A stretch of 64,000 bases of DNA from Acidimicrobiia bacterium. Lineage in GTDB: Bacteria; Actinomycetota; Acidimicrobiia; Spongiisociales; Spongiisociaceae. Shown piece by piece: positions 1 to 10,027 of this stretch. Position 1 is the stretch's first letter, and the number at the start of each line of letters is the position of its first letter. The notes beneath the pieces were generated by a model. That model was given only the letters and a program-made list of their open reading frames with translations, did no database searches and had not been told where the DNA came from. Position numbers and translations under genes: made by a program. Where the stretch lies: NCBI GenBank assembly GCA_041576165.1, contig JBFGLM010000007.1, forward strand, positions 32,001 through 96,000, in the 5' to 3' direction.

Positions 1-76
1 CGGGTCCGGCTGTGGCTGTGGCTGTCCGGTTCCCCTCGTCTGCGGCTTCGCTGGCTCCTCCCGCTAACTTCACCGC

Positions 77-1066
77 ATGACCGATCCGTTCCACGCATCC
101 CGTGGCAGCCCCTTCACGTCGCGGGCGTCCTTCTCGGGGGTGCCGGCGCGTTCCTTGGACGACCTGAGGGACGCGGGGGTGGTGATCCTGGGGGCGCCGT
201 TTGATTGGGGGGCGTCGAACCGGCCGGGTGCGCGGTTCGGGCCGAAGGCGATCCGGGAGGTCGGGTATCTGGGGTTTGACGGGTCACGGCCGCACCTGCC
301 GACCGGGATCGATGCGCTCAGCACTCTGAACGTGGTCGATGCCGGCGACCTGCTGCTTCCCGTTGGCTACATCGAACAGAGCCTCGATCAGATCGCAGAC
401 GCAGTGGAAGGGGTGTGCCGGCACGGGGCCATCCCGATCATCCTCGGGGGCGACCACTCCATCACCTTTCCCAACGCCCGGGCGACCGCGGCCGTGCATG
501 GCGACATTGCCCTCGTTCATTTCGACGCGCACGCCGACACCGGCAACCAGTCCGCCAGTGGGATGCCGCTCAGCCATGGCACACCGATGCGGCGGCTGAT
601 CGAATCGGGAGCGGTCCCGGGTCACCGGTTCGTCCAGATCGGCCTGCGGGGCTACTGGCCCGATCCCGACACCGTGGCTTGGATGCGGGAACAGGGCATG
701 CGCAGCTATCTGATGACCGACATCGGTGAGCGGGGTCTGCGCACGGTGGTTGACGAGGCCGTCGACTATGCCACCGACGGCGCCGATGCCGTTTTCCTGT
801 CGGTCGATATCGACGTGGTCGACCCGGGAATGGCGCCCGCCACCGGCACCCCCGAACCGGGCGGGCTGACCTCGCGCGAATTGCTCGACACCCTGCGCCG
901 CCTGAGCCGGGAGCTCAACGTAGTGGGCGCCGACGTGGTGGAGGTGGCGCCGCCCTACGACGGGCCGGGCGAGATCACTTCGATGCTGGCCAACCGCGTC
1001 GTTCTCGAGATCCTCAACGGGATGGCCGAGCGCAAGCTCGAGCATCCGGGAGACAACCTCCCCTGA
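77..1066 (+). CDS. speB: Agmatinase / ureohydrolase family protein
   Basis: Ureohydrolase motifs GARFGP, GGDHS, HFDAHAD and SVDIDVVDPGMAPATGTPEPGG. Exact substrate (agmatine vs another guanidino compound) cannot be determined. Confidence 0.85.
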   Translation: MTDPFHASRGSPFTSRASFSGVPARSLDDLRDAGVVILGAPFDWGASNRPGARFGPKAIREVGYLGFDGSRPHLPTGIDALSTLNVVDAGDLLLPVGYIEQSLDQIADAVEGVCRHGAIPIILGGDHSITFPNARATAAVHGDIALVHFDAHADTGNQSASGMPLSHGTPMRRLIESGAVPGHRFVQIGLRGYWPDPDTVAWMREQGMRSYLMTDIGERGLRTVVDEAVDYATDGADAVFLSVDIDVVDPGMAPATGTPEPGGLTSRELLDTLRRLSRELNVVGADVVEVAPPYDGPGEITSMLANRVVLEILNGMAERKLEHPGDNLP

Positions 1067-1088
1067 GCGGGCGGAAGGACTTCTCTGA

Positions 1089-1925
1089 ATGACAGCGCTG
1101 CTGGCGACGGCGAGTTCGCTGATCATCGGTGCCTCGGACTTCTTCGGGGGTCTTGCGTCGCGCAAGGCGGCCGCGTTGCGGGTGACGACCTGGGTTCAGG
1201 CGACGTCGTTGCTGACGAGCCTCGCCTTGGTGTGGTTCTTTGTGGCGCCGGTGGTGACCGCGCGAGATCTGGCGGCTGGGGCAGTGGCCGGGATCGCCGG
1301 TTCGCTGGGGCTGGCCATGCTGTATGCAGCCCTCGCCATGGGGCAGATGAGCCGGGTATCGCCGGTGTCGGCGGTCGTTGGCGCTGTGGTCCCGGCCGCC
1401 GTCGAGTGGATTCGAGGCGAGCAGCCGACGCCACCCGTTTTGGTGGGCGGCGTGCTCGCGCTGGTGGCTGTGACGATGGTGACCCGCGAGCACCGCCCCG
1501 ACCCAGCACCGAACTCGGCGATGTCCATGTGGCTGGCCATTCTCGCCGGCACCGGATTTGGTGTGTTCTTCCTCGCGTTCGGTGAGACGAGTGAGGCCGC
1601 CGGCATTTGGCCGGTGGTGGCCGCCAAGGCGACATCGGTGCCGGTGGTCGCCGCGCTGGCGCTGACGATCACCCGTGGCCTCCGGCTGGGCAATGGATCG
1701 GCCGGCTTGGCGGTGGCGGCCGGCATCAGCGAGATGGCTGCCCTGGTTCTGCTGCTGCTGGCCGTGCAGCGCGGCTCGGTGACCGTGGTCGCCGTGATTG
1801 GCGCCCTCTATCCGGTGGCCACCGTGGGGCTCGCCGGGCTGATACTCAAGGAGAAGTTAGAGGCAGTCCAGTGGGCGGGCGTGGCACTGGCCGTCGTCGC
1901 CGTGGCGCTCATCGCCGCCGGCTGA
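1089..1925 (+). CDS. EamA/DMT family transporter
   Basis: 278 aa, ~10 hydrophobic helices, GASDFFGG start and LYPVATV...LKEKL C-terminal EamA pattern. Confidence 0.85.
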   Translation: MTALLATASSLIIGASDFFGGLASRKAAALRVTTWVQATSLLTSLALVWFFVAPVVTARDLAAGAVAGIAGSLGLAMLYAALAMGQMSRVSPVSAVVGAVVPAAVEWIRGEQPTPPVLVGGVLALVAVTMVTREHRPDPAPNSAMSMWLAILAGTGFGVFFLAFGETSEAAGIWPVVAAKATSVPVVAALALTITRGLRLGNGSAGLAVAAGISEMAALVLLLLAVQRGSVTVVAVIGALYPVATVGLAGLILKEKLEAVQWAGVALAVVAVALIAAG

Positions 1926-1935
1926 ACCCGACTGC

Positions 1936-2508
1936 TCAGGCGGCAAGAAGGGCGTCGACCGCGGCGTCGGCGGCAGCCAGCAGCCGGGCGACCGGCCACT
2001 GGGCCGGAGCCTCGACAATCGACACGAACACCCCCTGGGCGAAAAGGAACAGCAGGTCGGCCGCTACCGCCGGGTGGGGGTGCCCGCACGCCGCGACCAC
2101 TTGCTCGATCACGTCCCGAACCGCAGCAGCGGTTGACGCGAGGTGCCGGTCCACCTCGTCGTCGCGCCCGCGGGCGGTCAGGAGCGCCACCCAGAACGCA
2201 CATCTGAGCTGCTCGTCGTGATCCCACGTGACAGACGCCCGCATCAGCGCACGTAGCTGCTCCGGCCCGCGGCCAGCCTCCAGGATCTCGGCCAGCTCCT
2301 CAATCCACTCGTCACCCATCTGATCGACCGCATTGACCAGCAGATCTGCCCGGGTGGGCAAATAGTTGGTGATGGCGCTGGTGGAAGCGCCCAGCTCAGC
2401 TGCGACTGAACGCAGCGTGACTGCCGGCAGGCCGTAGCGGGCCGCCACCGCGAACGTGGCCGCTGCAATGTCGCGGCGGCGTTGATCGACATCGACCCGG
2501 ATCGGCAC
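1936..2508 (-). CDS. TetR family transcriptional regulator (BetI-like)
   Basis: N-terminal HTH RRRDIAAA...TLRSVAAELGASTSAITNY; last gene of the minus-strand operon. Confidence 0.9.
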   Translation of the reverse strand: MPIRVDVDQRRRDIAAATFAVAARYGLPAVTLRSVAAELGASTSAITNYLPTRADLLVNAVDQMGDEWIEELAEILEAGRGPEQLRALMRASVTWDHDEQLRCAFWVALLTARGRDDEVDRHLASTAAAVRDVIEQVVAACGHPHPAVAADLLFLFAQGVFVSIVEAPAQWPVARLLAAADAAVDALLAA

Positions 2509-2511
2509 GAG

Positions 2512-3822
2512 CTAGCCCAACGCCTCGGTGAGCGACTCTTCGAACACCATCAGCGTCGTAGCCACATCCTCATCTGACAGCGACGCATTCAGGAACCACG
2601 GCTCCAGGGCGTCCGGGTTGGGCAGCACACCCCGCCGGATCATCGCCATCGTCAGCTCCTCGTACAGATCGGCATTGTGACCGCCGGCCGAGCGGAAGTC
2701 GGTGGGAGGGGTGGCGCCGAAATAGAAACCGAACATGGCCGGCCGGCCGTGCACGCTGGATTCGACGCCGCGATCGGACAGGATCTTGGCGGCGCCGTCC
2801 AACAAGGTGGTGCCGAGCCGGTCGACGTGGCTCAACGGCTCGCCGGTCATCAACTCCTCGACGGTGGCCCGGGCGGCCGCCGCCGAAATACTGTTGCCGG
2901 AGAACGTTCCGGCCTGAGTGATGCCCTCGCGGCGCCACCCGTCGAGCACCGGGCCTCGTCCGGCGATAGCGGCCACCGGGACGCCGTTACCGAGCGCCTT
3001 GGCGAAGGTTGCCAGATCCGGTACGACTCCGTAGACCTCGGCGGCTCCCCCGACCGCGATGCGGAAGCCGGTCTTGACCTCGTCGAAGATGAGGACCGAC
3101 CCGTATTGGTCGCACAGTTCGCGCAGCCCGGTCAGGAACCCGTCCGCCGGTTCGATCCCCATGGCGTTGCCCAGCATGGGTTCCACCACAACCGCGGCGA
3201 TGCGGGTTCCGTCGTTGGCGAACACCCGCCGGACCGCCTCGAGGTCGTTGTATGGGAGCGTTCGGATGAGGGTGGCGATCATCTCGGGCATTCCCGAGCT
3301 CATCGGGGCCGGTATCGGCCGGTACGGCGAGCCGAGAGCTTCGGGCGGCTCACCGGGCGTGGAGAACATCAAGTAATCGTGGGCGCCGTGGTAGGTCCCT
3401 TCGAATTTCAGAATGACATCTCGGCCGGTGAAGCCGCGGGCCAAGCGGATGGCGTGCATGGTCGCCTCGGTGCCGGTGTTCGTGAACCGCAGCTGCTCCA
3501 CCCACGGCACCGCTTCCTTGACCCGCTCGGCCGCCAGGACCTCCCGTTCCTGGGTGAAGGCGAAGGTCATGCCGTGGGCGGCGGCTTCTGTGACGGCCTC
3601 GGTCACCGCCGGATGGCCGTGGCCCAGGATCACCGGGCCAAAGCCGTTGTGATAGTCGATGTAGCGCTTACCGTCCGAGTCGTAGACGTAGGCGCCCTCG
3701 CCGCGCGACAGCACGATCGTGTCTTCCCGTCCCCAGTAGCGCCATCCGCTGGAGACGCCGTTGACCAGAGCGGCAAATGCTCGGTCGAACCACTCTCTTG
3801 TTTTCGGACCCTGCAAGCTCAT
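2512..3822 (-). CDS. Class III PLP aminotransferase (GSA-aminomutase-like)
   Basis: FTNTGTEATM, FEGTYHG, LIFDEVKTGFR, TFAKALGNG, GTFSGN. Start moved to ATG 3822, which overlaps the upstream stop (ATGA) and follows GGAGG. Confidence 0.85.
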   Translation of the reverse strand: MSLQGPKTREWFDRAFAALVNGVSSGWRYWGREDTIVLSRGEGAYVYDSDGKRYIDYHNGFGPVILGHGHPAVTEAVTEAAAHGMTFAFTQEREVLAAERVKEAVPWVEQLRFTNTGTEATMHAIRLARGFTGRDVILKFEGTYHGAHDYLMFSTPGEPPEALGSPYRPIPAPMSSGMPEMIATLIRTLPYNDLEAVRRVFANDGTRIAAVVVEPMLGNAMGIEPADGFLTGLRELCDQYGSVLIFDEVKTGFRIAVGGAAEVYGVVPDLATFAKALGNGVPVAAIAGRGPVLDGWRREGITQAGTFSGNSISAAAARATVEELMTGEPLSHVDRLGTTLLDGAAKILSDRGVESSVHGRPAMFGFYFGATPPTDFRSAGGHNADLYEELTMAMIRRGVLPNPDALEPWFLNASLSDEDVATTLMVFEESLTEALG

Positions 3823-5225
3823 CTGCTTCCTCCAATCTTGACGATTCGCCACATCAGGTCGGCCCGCCGGGCTGGCCCGTCTCCTTGGTTCTCCACCCGG
3901 TCGGCGGACTGCATGACCAGCAGTCCGGTGTTGATTCCCGCCCAGCGAAGCGGCTCGGGTGGCCAGTGGCGTTGCCGGCGATTCACCCAGGGAAATGACG
4001 TGAGTTCGGTTTGATGCCCGGTGATGAGATCCGCCAGGGTGCGACCGGCGATGTTGGTGGCCGTCACCCCCGACCCGACGTAGCCGCCGGCATAGGCGAG
4101 CCGGCCGGCGCTGTCGATTCCGACCGACGGATGCCAGTCGCGAGGTACACCTAGCACGCCACCCCACCGGTGCGAGATGGGAACCTCGCGTAACTGCGGG
4201 AAGACTTCCAGCAACGCAGTGTGTACCGCATCGAACACCTCGGGGGGGAATCCGGCATTGGGCCGGATACGAGACGCGTAGTCGTACGGGGCGCCGCGGC
4301 CGCCAAACGCAACCCGGCCGTCGGCGGTGCGCTGGCCGTAGACGACGAGATGGCGGAGATCCCCGAACGTCTCCCGGTTGGCCAGCCCGATCTCATTCCA
4401 CAGGTCGTCGGGGATCGGTTCGGTTGCGATCATCAGCGAATACAGCGGGGCCAGGAGCCGTCGCAGCCCGGGCAAGTTGCGGGTGTAGCCCTCGGTGGCC
4501 CGCACCACCATGCCGGCGGTGATGGTGCCGCCGCGGGTGACGACCTGCCCGGCGCCCAATTCGGTGGCCGGGGTCGACTCGAAGATCTGCACCCCTCGGC
4601 TCCCTACGGCGACAGCCAGTCCGTGCACGAGCGTGGCCGGCTGGATGGCGGCGGTGTTCGCCGACCACAGGCCACCCAGCACATCGGCGGCCCGGCCGAT
4701 GTCGCATGCCTCCTGGGCGGTCAGGACCCGGGTGTCGGCCGCGGTCCAGCCGTAGTGATGGGCTTCCTCCGCGTCGGCGCGGGCCCGAGCGAGTTGGCCT
4801 TGATTGCGGAGGAATTCGACGCTGCCAGCTTTGCTGTAGTTGCAGTCGATCCCTTCCTCGGCCGCCACCCGACCGACTTCGTCGACCGCCTCCCGCAATA
4901 CCGCGCCCCATCGCACCGCTGTAGCGTGGTCGGACTGCTGCTCGATTCGGCTCGGCCCGGCCGCGAACCCGTCGTAGCACCACCCACCGTTGCGCCCCGA
5001 GGCGCCGTATCCGACGTGGTGGGCGTCGATGACGGCAATCGAGAGCGCCGGGTCGCGTTCGAGGAGATAATGGGCCGTCCACAATCCGGTGTAGCCGGCG
5101 CCGACGATCGCGACGTCTGTGTCCAGATCTCGGTTCAGCGGCGGCCGGTTGGCAACCTGCTCCGGCAGGTGATCCCACCACAGCGGCCGGCCGGCGGCCG
5201 GCGTCGGGGATGACGAGGAGACCAT
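3819..5225 (-). CDS. FAD-dependent oxidoreductase (PuuB/DadA-like amine oxidase)
   Basis: IVGAGYTGLW, GASGRNGG, GGYVGSGV and C-terminal WPPEPLRW motifs. Confidence 0.85.
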   Translation of the reverse strand: MVSSSSPTPAAGRPLWWDHLPEQVANRPPLNRDLDTDVAIVGAGYTGLWTAHYLLERDPALSIAVIDAHHVGYGASGRNGGWCYDGFAAGPSRIEQQSDHATAVRWGAVLREAVDEVGRVAAEEGIDCNYSKAGSVEFLRNQGQLARARADAEEAHHYGWTAADTRVLTAQEACDIGRAADVLGGLWSANTAAIQPATLVHGLAVAVGSRGVQIFESTPATELGAGQVVTRGGTITAGMVVRATEGYTRNLPGLRRLLAPLYSLMIATEPIPDDLWNEIGLANRETFGDLRHLVVYGQRTADGRVAFGGRGAPYDYASRIRPNAGFPPEVFDAVHTALLEVFPQLREVPISHRWGGVLGVPRDWHPSVGIDSAGRLAYAGGYVGSGVTATNIAGRTLADLITGHQTELTSFPWVNRRQRHWPPEPLRWAGINTGLLVMQSADRVENQGDGPARRADLMWRIVKIGGSR

Positions 5226-5235
5226 TGGACGATTA

Positions 5236-5265
5236 ATATAACACTGTCATATAACGCTGTTGTAT
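5236..5265. promoter_or_regulatory. Tandem imperfect palindromes in divergent promoter, probable TetR operator
   Basis: ATATAACA-C-TGTCATAT (5236-5252) and ATATAACG-C-TGTTGTAT (5249-5265), 13-bp period, in an AT-rich 61-bp spacer. Confidence 0.6.
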
Positions 5266-5286
5266 CAACTGCGGGAGAGGTTTGCC

Positions 5287-6723
5287 ATGGCCGAAGCCGT
5301 CAAGCTCTACATCGCCGGTGAATGGACCGAAGGCACCGGCACCGAGGTGCATCAGTTGGTGTCCCCGGTCAACGGCGAGCACATCGCCGACATCCCGATC
5401 GCCAGCCGGGACGACGTGGACCGGGCGGTGGCGGCAGCCCGGGCGGCGCAAGACGAGTACCGGCATTGGTCGGCCATCGAACGGGCCGAGCTGAACCATC
5501 GGATCGCAGGTGCGATTGAGCCGCTGATCGAAGAGGTCGCTCGAGTCCAGACCCTTGAGCAGGGCAAGCCCTACCACGAGGAATCGCTGGCCGACGTCGA
5601 CGAGGCCAACAGCTATTTCTCGGAATCGGCGGAGGACGTCAAGAGGCTGGAGGGGGCGGTCATCCCCACCACCGACCGCAACGTGCGCATGTTTACGTTC
5701 CACCGCCCGGTGGGGGTGTGGGCCGCGATCACACCCTGGAACTTCCCGGTGACGATTCCTCTCGAATACGTCGGGCCCGGCCTCGCCACCGGCAACGCCG
5801 TCATTGTGAAGCCGCCGATTCATACCTCATGGGCCCTGCTCAAACTGGCCGAGGCGTTCGACGCCGCCGAGGTACCCAAGGGCCTCATCTCGATCATCCC
5901 CGGCGCGGCCGAGATCGGCGAGATGCTGGTTACCCACGACGGGATCGACGCCATCGGGTTCACCGGTTCGTCTCAGACAGGCAAACGAATCATCTCCCAG
6001 ATGGGGATCAAGCGCTCGATCATGGAGATGTCGGGCAACGGGCCCACCATCGTCACCGCCGACGCCAATGTCGCAGCGGCGGCCGAAGCAGCCGTGTATG
6101 GCACCTACTACAACGCCGGGCAGGTGTGCTGCGCCACCGAACGGGTGATCGTGGTCGAGTCGGTGCACGACGAGCTGGTGGAGCGATCACTCGAGGCGGC
6201 CAAGGTCGTGCACCTCGGCGACCCGTTCGATGAGAAGACCAACATGGGCCCCCTCAACAACGAACCCACCGCCACCAAGATGGACCGGCATATGGCCGAT
6301 GCCCGGGAGCGGGGGGCCGAGGTGCTGCTGGGCGGGGGGCGGGTGGCCGGGTTCCCCACTGACCTCTACTACGACTTCACGATCATTGATCAGGTCCCGG
6401 AGGATGCGGCCGTTGCTCGGGAGGAGTCGTTCGGCCCGGTGATGCCGATCCTGGTTGCGGCCGATGACGAGGAGGCGGTGGCGATTGCCAACCGGACCAA
6501 CCTGGGCCTGCAGGCCGCCGTGTTCACCCGCAGCCTCGACAAGGCGTTCTGGTACACCGACCGGATCCGGTCCGGCACCGTGATCGTCAACGACTCCACC
6601 GACTTCTGGGAGACGTTCCAACCGTTCGGGGGCGCAGCTGGCACCGATACCGGTTGGGGCCGCGGGAAGGTGCCGGAATTCACCGACCTCCAGACCATGG
6701 TGATCAATCTCAACAACGTCTGA
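5287..6723 (+). CDS. Aldehyde dehydrogenase family protein
   Basis: ITPWNFP, FTGS, EMSGNGP, catalytic GQVCCA, EESFGP; GGAGAGG upstream of ATG 5287. Confidence 0.92.
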   Translation: MAEAVKLYIAGEWTEGTGTEVHQLVSPVNGEHIADIPIASRDDVDRAVAAARAAQDEYRHWSAIERAELNHRIAGAIEPLIEEVARVQTLEQGKPYHEESLADVDEANSYFSESAEDVKRLEGAVIPTTDRNVRMFTFHRPVGVWAAITPWNFPVTIPLEYVGPGLATGNAVIVKPPIHTSWALLKLAEAFDAAEVPKGLISIIPGAAEIGEMLVTHDGIDAIGFTGSSQTGKRIISQMGIKRSIMEMSGNGPTIVTADANVAAAAEAAVYGTYYNAGQVCCATERVIVVESVHDELVERSLEAAKVVHLGDPFDEKTNMGPLNNEPTATKMDRHMADARERGAEVLLGGGRVAGFPTDLYYDFTIIDQVPEDAAVAREESFGPVMPILVAADDEEAVAIANRTNLGLQAAVFTRSLDKAFWYTDRIRSGTVIVNDSTDFWETFQPFGGAAGTDTGWGRGKVPEFTDLQTMVINLNNV

Positions 6724-6749
6724 GCGAGCAGTTGGCCGGGCGGTGCTGG

Positions 6750-8318
6750 TCACGAGCCCGCGACCAGTTCCCCGTCGACGAACGTCGCGTCAACCGAGAT
6801 CGACCCGATGTCTTTCTCGACGAGAGGATCGGCCGTCGCCACCACCAAGTCGGCCACTTTGCCGGGAGTGATCGAGCCGCTGGTGTCATCGCGGTGGTTG
6901 ACGTAGGCGCTGCCCATAGTGAACCCGTACAGGACCTCCGCGGGCCCGAGCGCTTGATCTGGCAGGAAAGGCTCGTCCTCGGGCGCCTCCTGCCGGGTGA
7001 CCGCCACCGCCATTTGCTCGAACGGGTCGGCCGTGGACACCGGCCAGTCCGACCCGAAGGCCAGGCGGGCTGCGCCGGCGAGCAAATCCCGAAACCGGTA
7101 CTGCCACCCGGTGCGTTCAGGTCCGAGCCGGGGAGCGGTCAGCTGGAGCATGCACGCGTCGTTACACGCCCACAAAGCCTGGGCGTTGGCGACCACCCCC
7201 AACTCGGCAAAGCGGGGGACGTCGGCGTCGTTGATCACTTGAATGTGGGCGATCTGCGGACGTACCCGGGCGGCGTCGGCCGGGTCGCCGGCGGCGACCG
7301 CGTCCAAAGCATCCCTGATCGCCCGGTCGCCGATGGCGTGGAAGTGGGGCTGCACCCCGGCCGCCATGATGGCGGGCACCGCCTCGACCAGGACCTCGGG
7401 CGGGATGAAGGTGAGCCCGACATCGTCGACGGTGCCGGCATAGGGCGCCTGCAGGGCGGCGGTGCCGTTCTCACACACCCCATCAACCATGAGCTTGATG
7501 GCGGTCGGCTGGTAGCGAACAGTCGGCTCGACCGCGCGACGCAGGAGCTCCTCGAGCTGGTCGGTGCCGCGGTGACGATCCCACCACTGCGCCCCCACCA
7601 CCCGGGCGGTCAGGCCGCCATCGGCATCCAGGCGCCGGTACGCCTCGTGGGTGGGCTGCTCGACCCAGGCGTCCTGCCAGGCGGTGATGCCCAGACCCAG
7701 CAGCATTTCCTGCGCTCGCCGGATCCCCTCGACGTGATCGTCGACGGTGTCGCTGGGCGCGTGGCGGCCCACCAGCGCGACCGCCCCTTCCTGCAGGGTG
7801 CCGGACGGGTTTCCGTCCGCGTCGCGTTCGATCCGGCCGTCCGGCGGGTCGGGAGTGGCGGCGGTGACACCGGCCTGCGCCAACGCGCGGGTGTTGACCC
7901 AGGCGGCGTGGCCGTCCCGGCTGTGCAGGAACACCGGCCGGTCGGGAACGACGTGGTCGATCAGCTCGGTCCGGGCCACCCCACCGGGGAATGACTCCAT
8001 CGTCCAGCCGCCGCCCAGGATCCAAGTCTGGTCGGGATGGGTGGCGGCGTAGCGGGCGATGGCGTCGATGTATGCCGCCGGTTCCCCCACGTCGTGAAGG
8101 TCGCAGCGCAGCATGGCCAGCCCGCCGAGGGGCGGATGGATGTGGGCGTCCTGGAACCCGGGCAGGAGGGTACGGCCCGCCAGGTCGTACGGGGTGCCGG
8201 GTGGCGGCGGGCCCGTGCCGACGGCCTCGATCCGGCCTTGATCGACCATGACCCAGTCGGGATCGGAGTGATTCGGATCAAGGCTGTGGATGACCCCGTT
8301 GGTGAATACTGTCGGCAT
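6750..8318 (-). CDS. Amidohydrolase (YtcJ/NfdA-like)
   Basis: PGFQDAHIH, HAAWVN, KLMVDG, HAIGDRA, FGSDWPV, GKVADLV. Confidence 0.9.
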   Translation of the reverse strand: MPTVFTNGVIHSLDPNHSDPDWVMVDQGRIEAVGTGPPPPGTPYDLAGRTLLPGFQDAHIHPPLGGLAMLRCDLHDVGEPAAYIDAIARYAATHPDQTWILGGGWTMESFPGGVARTELIDHVVPDRPVFLHSRDGHAAWVNTRALAQAGVTAATPDPPDGRIERDADGNPSGTLQEGAVALVGRHAPSDTVDDHVEGIRRAQEMLLGLGITAWQDAWVEQPTHEAYRRLDADGGLTARVVGAQWWDRHRGTDQLEELLRRAVEPTVRYQPTAIKLMVDGVCENGTAALQAPYAGTVDDVGLTFIPPEVLVEAVPAIMAAGVQPHFHAIGDRAIRDALDAVAAGDPADAARVRPQIAHIQVINDADVPRFAELGVVANAQALWACNDACMLQLTAPRLGPERTGWQYRFRDLLAGAARLAFGSDWPVSTADPFEQMAVAVTRQEAPEDEPFLPDQALGPAEVLYGFTMGSAYVNHRDDTSGSITPGKVADLVVATADPLVEKDIGSISVDATFVDGELVAGS

Positions 8319-8439
8319 CGGCCGGAGCGTACTGCTCCGATGGACCGGGCGGCCGGCCGCCACCGGTGCGGCGATGGCGAGCCGGGTACGATCGCCGCAT
8401 CACACACAGCACTGCACAGAAATCGGACATCGAGCTGTC

Positions 8440-10008
8440 GTGACCCCGGCCGAGCTGCTGGCGGCCTTGCAACCGGGCGCACCGCCCGATGTGGACCAGA
8501 GTCGGTGGGACGTGGTAGTCGTGGGCGGCGGCCACAACGGGCTGACCGCCGCCGCCTATCTGGCGCGAGCCGGCAAACGGGTCGTCGTTCTGGAGCGGCG
8601 CGACCGGTTGGGCGGGGCGGCCACCCTCGAGGAAATGTGGCCGGGGTACATCATCTCGCCCTGTGCCTACCTGGCCGGTCTGTTTCACCAGAGGGTCATC
8701 GACGATCTCGATCTCTACGGCCATGGTCTGGAGATCGTCATGGGGGAGGCCACCTACTTCGCCCCGTTCGAGGACGGCCACGCCTTCACGATGTGGAGCG
8801 ACACCGAGCGGACGTTGGAATCGATCCGTTCGTTCGCACCCGCCGAGGTCGACGGCTTCCTCGCCCGCGAGGACGTGCACGACCGGCTGCGAGACGCCCT
8901 GCGGCCGGCGGATGACGCCGACCTCTGGCTGGCGGAGCCGCCCACCCGGGAGGAGATCGAGAAGCGGCTCGGGCACGATTCCGAGCTGATCTCCACGTTG
9001 TTCGAGGACTCCCAGGTGGATCATCTCCGTCGTTACTTGCGGGATGAGCGGATGGTGACGGCCTTCGTGGGACAGGGAATCATCGGCACCAACGCGTCGC
9101 CGTTCGATCCCGGCACCGCCTCGATCGACTATCACCACGCGTCGGGTCGCCAGGAGGGCCAGCCCGGGGAGTGGGGTTTCGTGATGGGAGGCGTGGGGGC
9201 GGTTTCCCATGCGTTGCACATGGCCGCGGTCGAAGCTGGGGCGATGGTGGCAACTGGGGTTCCGGTGGCCGAGATCCGACCGGGCGTGGGCGTCATGCTC
9301 GACAGCGGCGACCTGATCGAGGCGCCAATTGTGGTATCGAACGCCGACCCGGCCCGAACCGTAACCCTGCTGGGAGAGGCCGCGTCACAAGGCCTGCGCG
9401 GGGCGGTCGCGCAGGTCCCACGGGAGAGCGCAACCGTGAAGGTCACGTTCGCTCTCTCGGCGCTGCCCGACTTCGGCTACCCCCACGCCACCCTGGCCCA
9501 GGTGGAGATCGCCCGCAGCGCCGATGCCCTCCACGAATCCTATCTGGCGGCGCAGCGCGGAAAGGTGTCCGACGAACTGTGGTGTGAGCTGTACTTCCAG
9601 ACGCCCTACGACTCGTCGATCGCGCCGCCCGGCAAGCACGTCCTTTCGGCTTTCTGCCAGTACGTGCCGTATCGGTGGGCGGATGGCCGCAGCTGGGACG
9701 AGCATCGGGCAGATGTAGGGGAGCGGGTGGTCCGCTCGATCGAGCGGTTCGCACCCGGATTCGGGGGCCTGGTGGAAGAGATTTGGGTCGACGGTCCACC
9801 CGACATAGAGGCGCGCACCGGTCTCACCGGGGGCCACATCTTCCATGGGGAATGCCTGCCGGCGTATATGTGGGACCGGAGGCTCCCGTACCGGACCGAC
9901 GTGGCGGGCGTGTACCTGTGCGGAGCCGGCACTCATCCAGGCGGCTCGGTCATCGGCGCCAACGGACGGAACGCGGCGCACGCGGTGCTGGCCGATCTCG
10001 GGCAATGA
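8440..10008 (+). CDS. Phytoene-dehydrogenase-like FAD oxidoreductase
   Basis: VVGGGHNGL...LERRDRLGGA, GGHIFHG, YLCGAGTHPGG. Start (GTG 8440) approximate. Confidence 0.85.
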   Translation: MTPAELLAALQPGAPPDVDQSRWDVVVVGGGHNGLTAAAYLARAGKRVVVLERRDRLGGAATLEEMWPGYIISPCAYLAGLFHQRVIDDLDLYGHGLEIVMGEATYFAPFEDGHAFTMWSDTERTLESIRSFAPAEVDGFLAREDVHDRLRDALRPADDADLWLAEPPTREEIEKRLGHDSELISTLFEDSQVDHLRRYLRDERMVTAFVGQGIIGTNASPFDPGTASIDYHHASGRQEGQPGEWGFVMGGVGAVSHALHMAAVEAGAMVATGVPVAEIRPGVGVMLDSGDLIEAPIVVSNADPARTVTLLGEAASQGLRGAVAQVPRESATVKVTFALSALPDFGYPHATLAQVEIARSADALHESYLAAQRGKVSDELWCELYFQTPYDSSIAPPGKHVLSAFCQYVPYRWADGRSWDEHRADVGERVVRSIERFAPGFGGLVEEIWVDGPPDIEARTGLTGGHIFHGECLPAYMWDRRLPYRTDVAGVYLCGAGTHPGGSVIGANGRNAAHAVLADLGQ

Positions 10009-10027
10009 CGGGCCGGGCCACGAGGTC

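Noticed and set aside
7-24. Three tandem GGCTGT units
   Set aside because: Too short and at the window edge; no evidence of function.
2512-4167. 551-aa ORF annotated as hemL
   Set aside because: The first 115 aa overlap the upstream gene; HemL-specific motifs differ and the context is catabolic.
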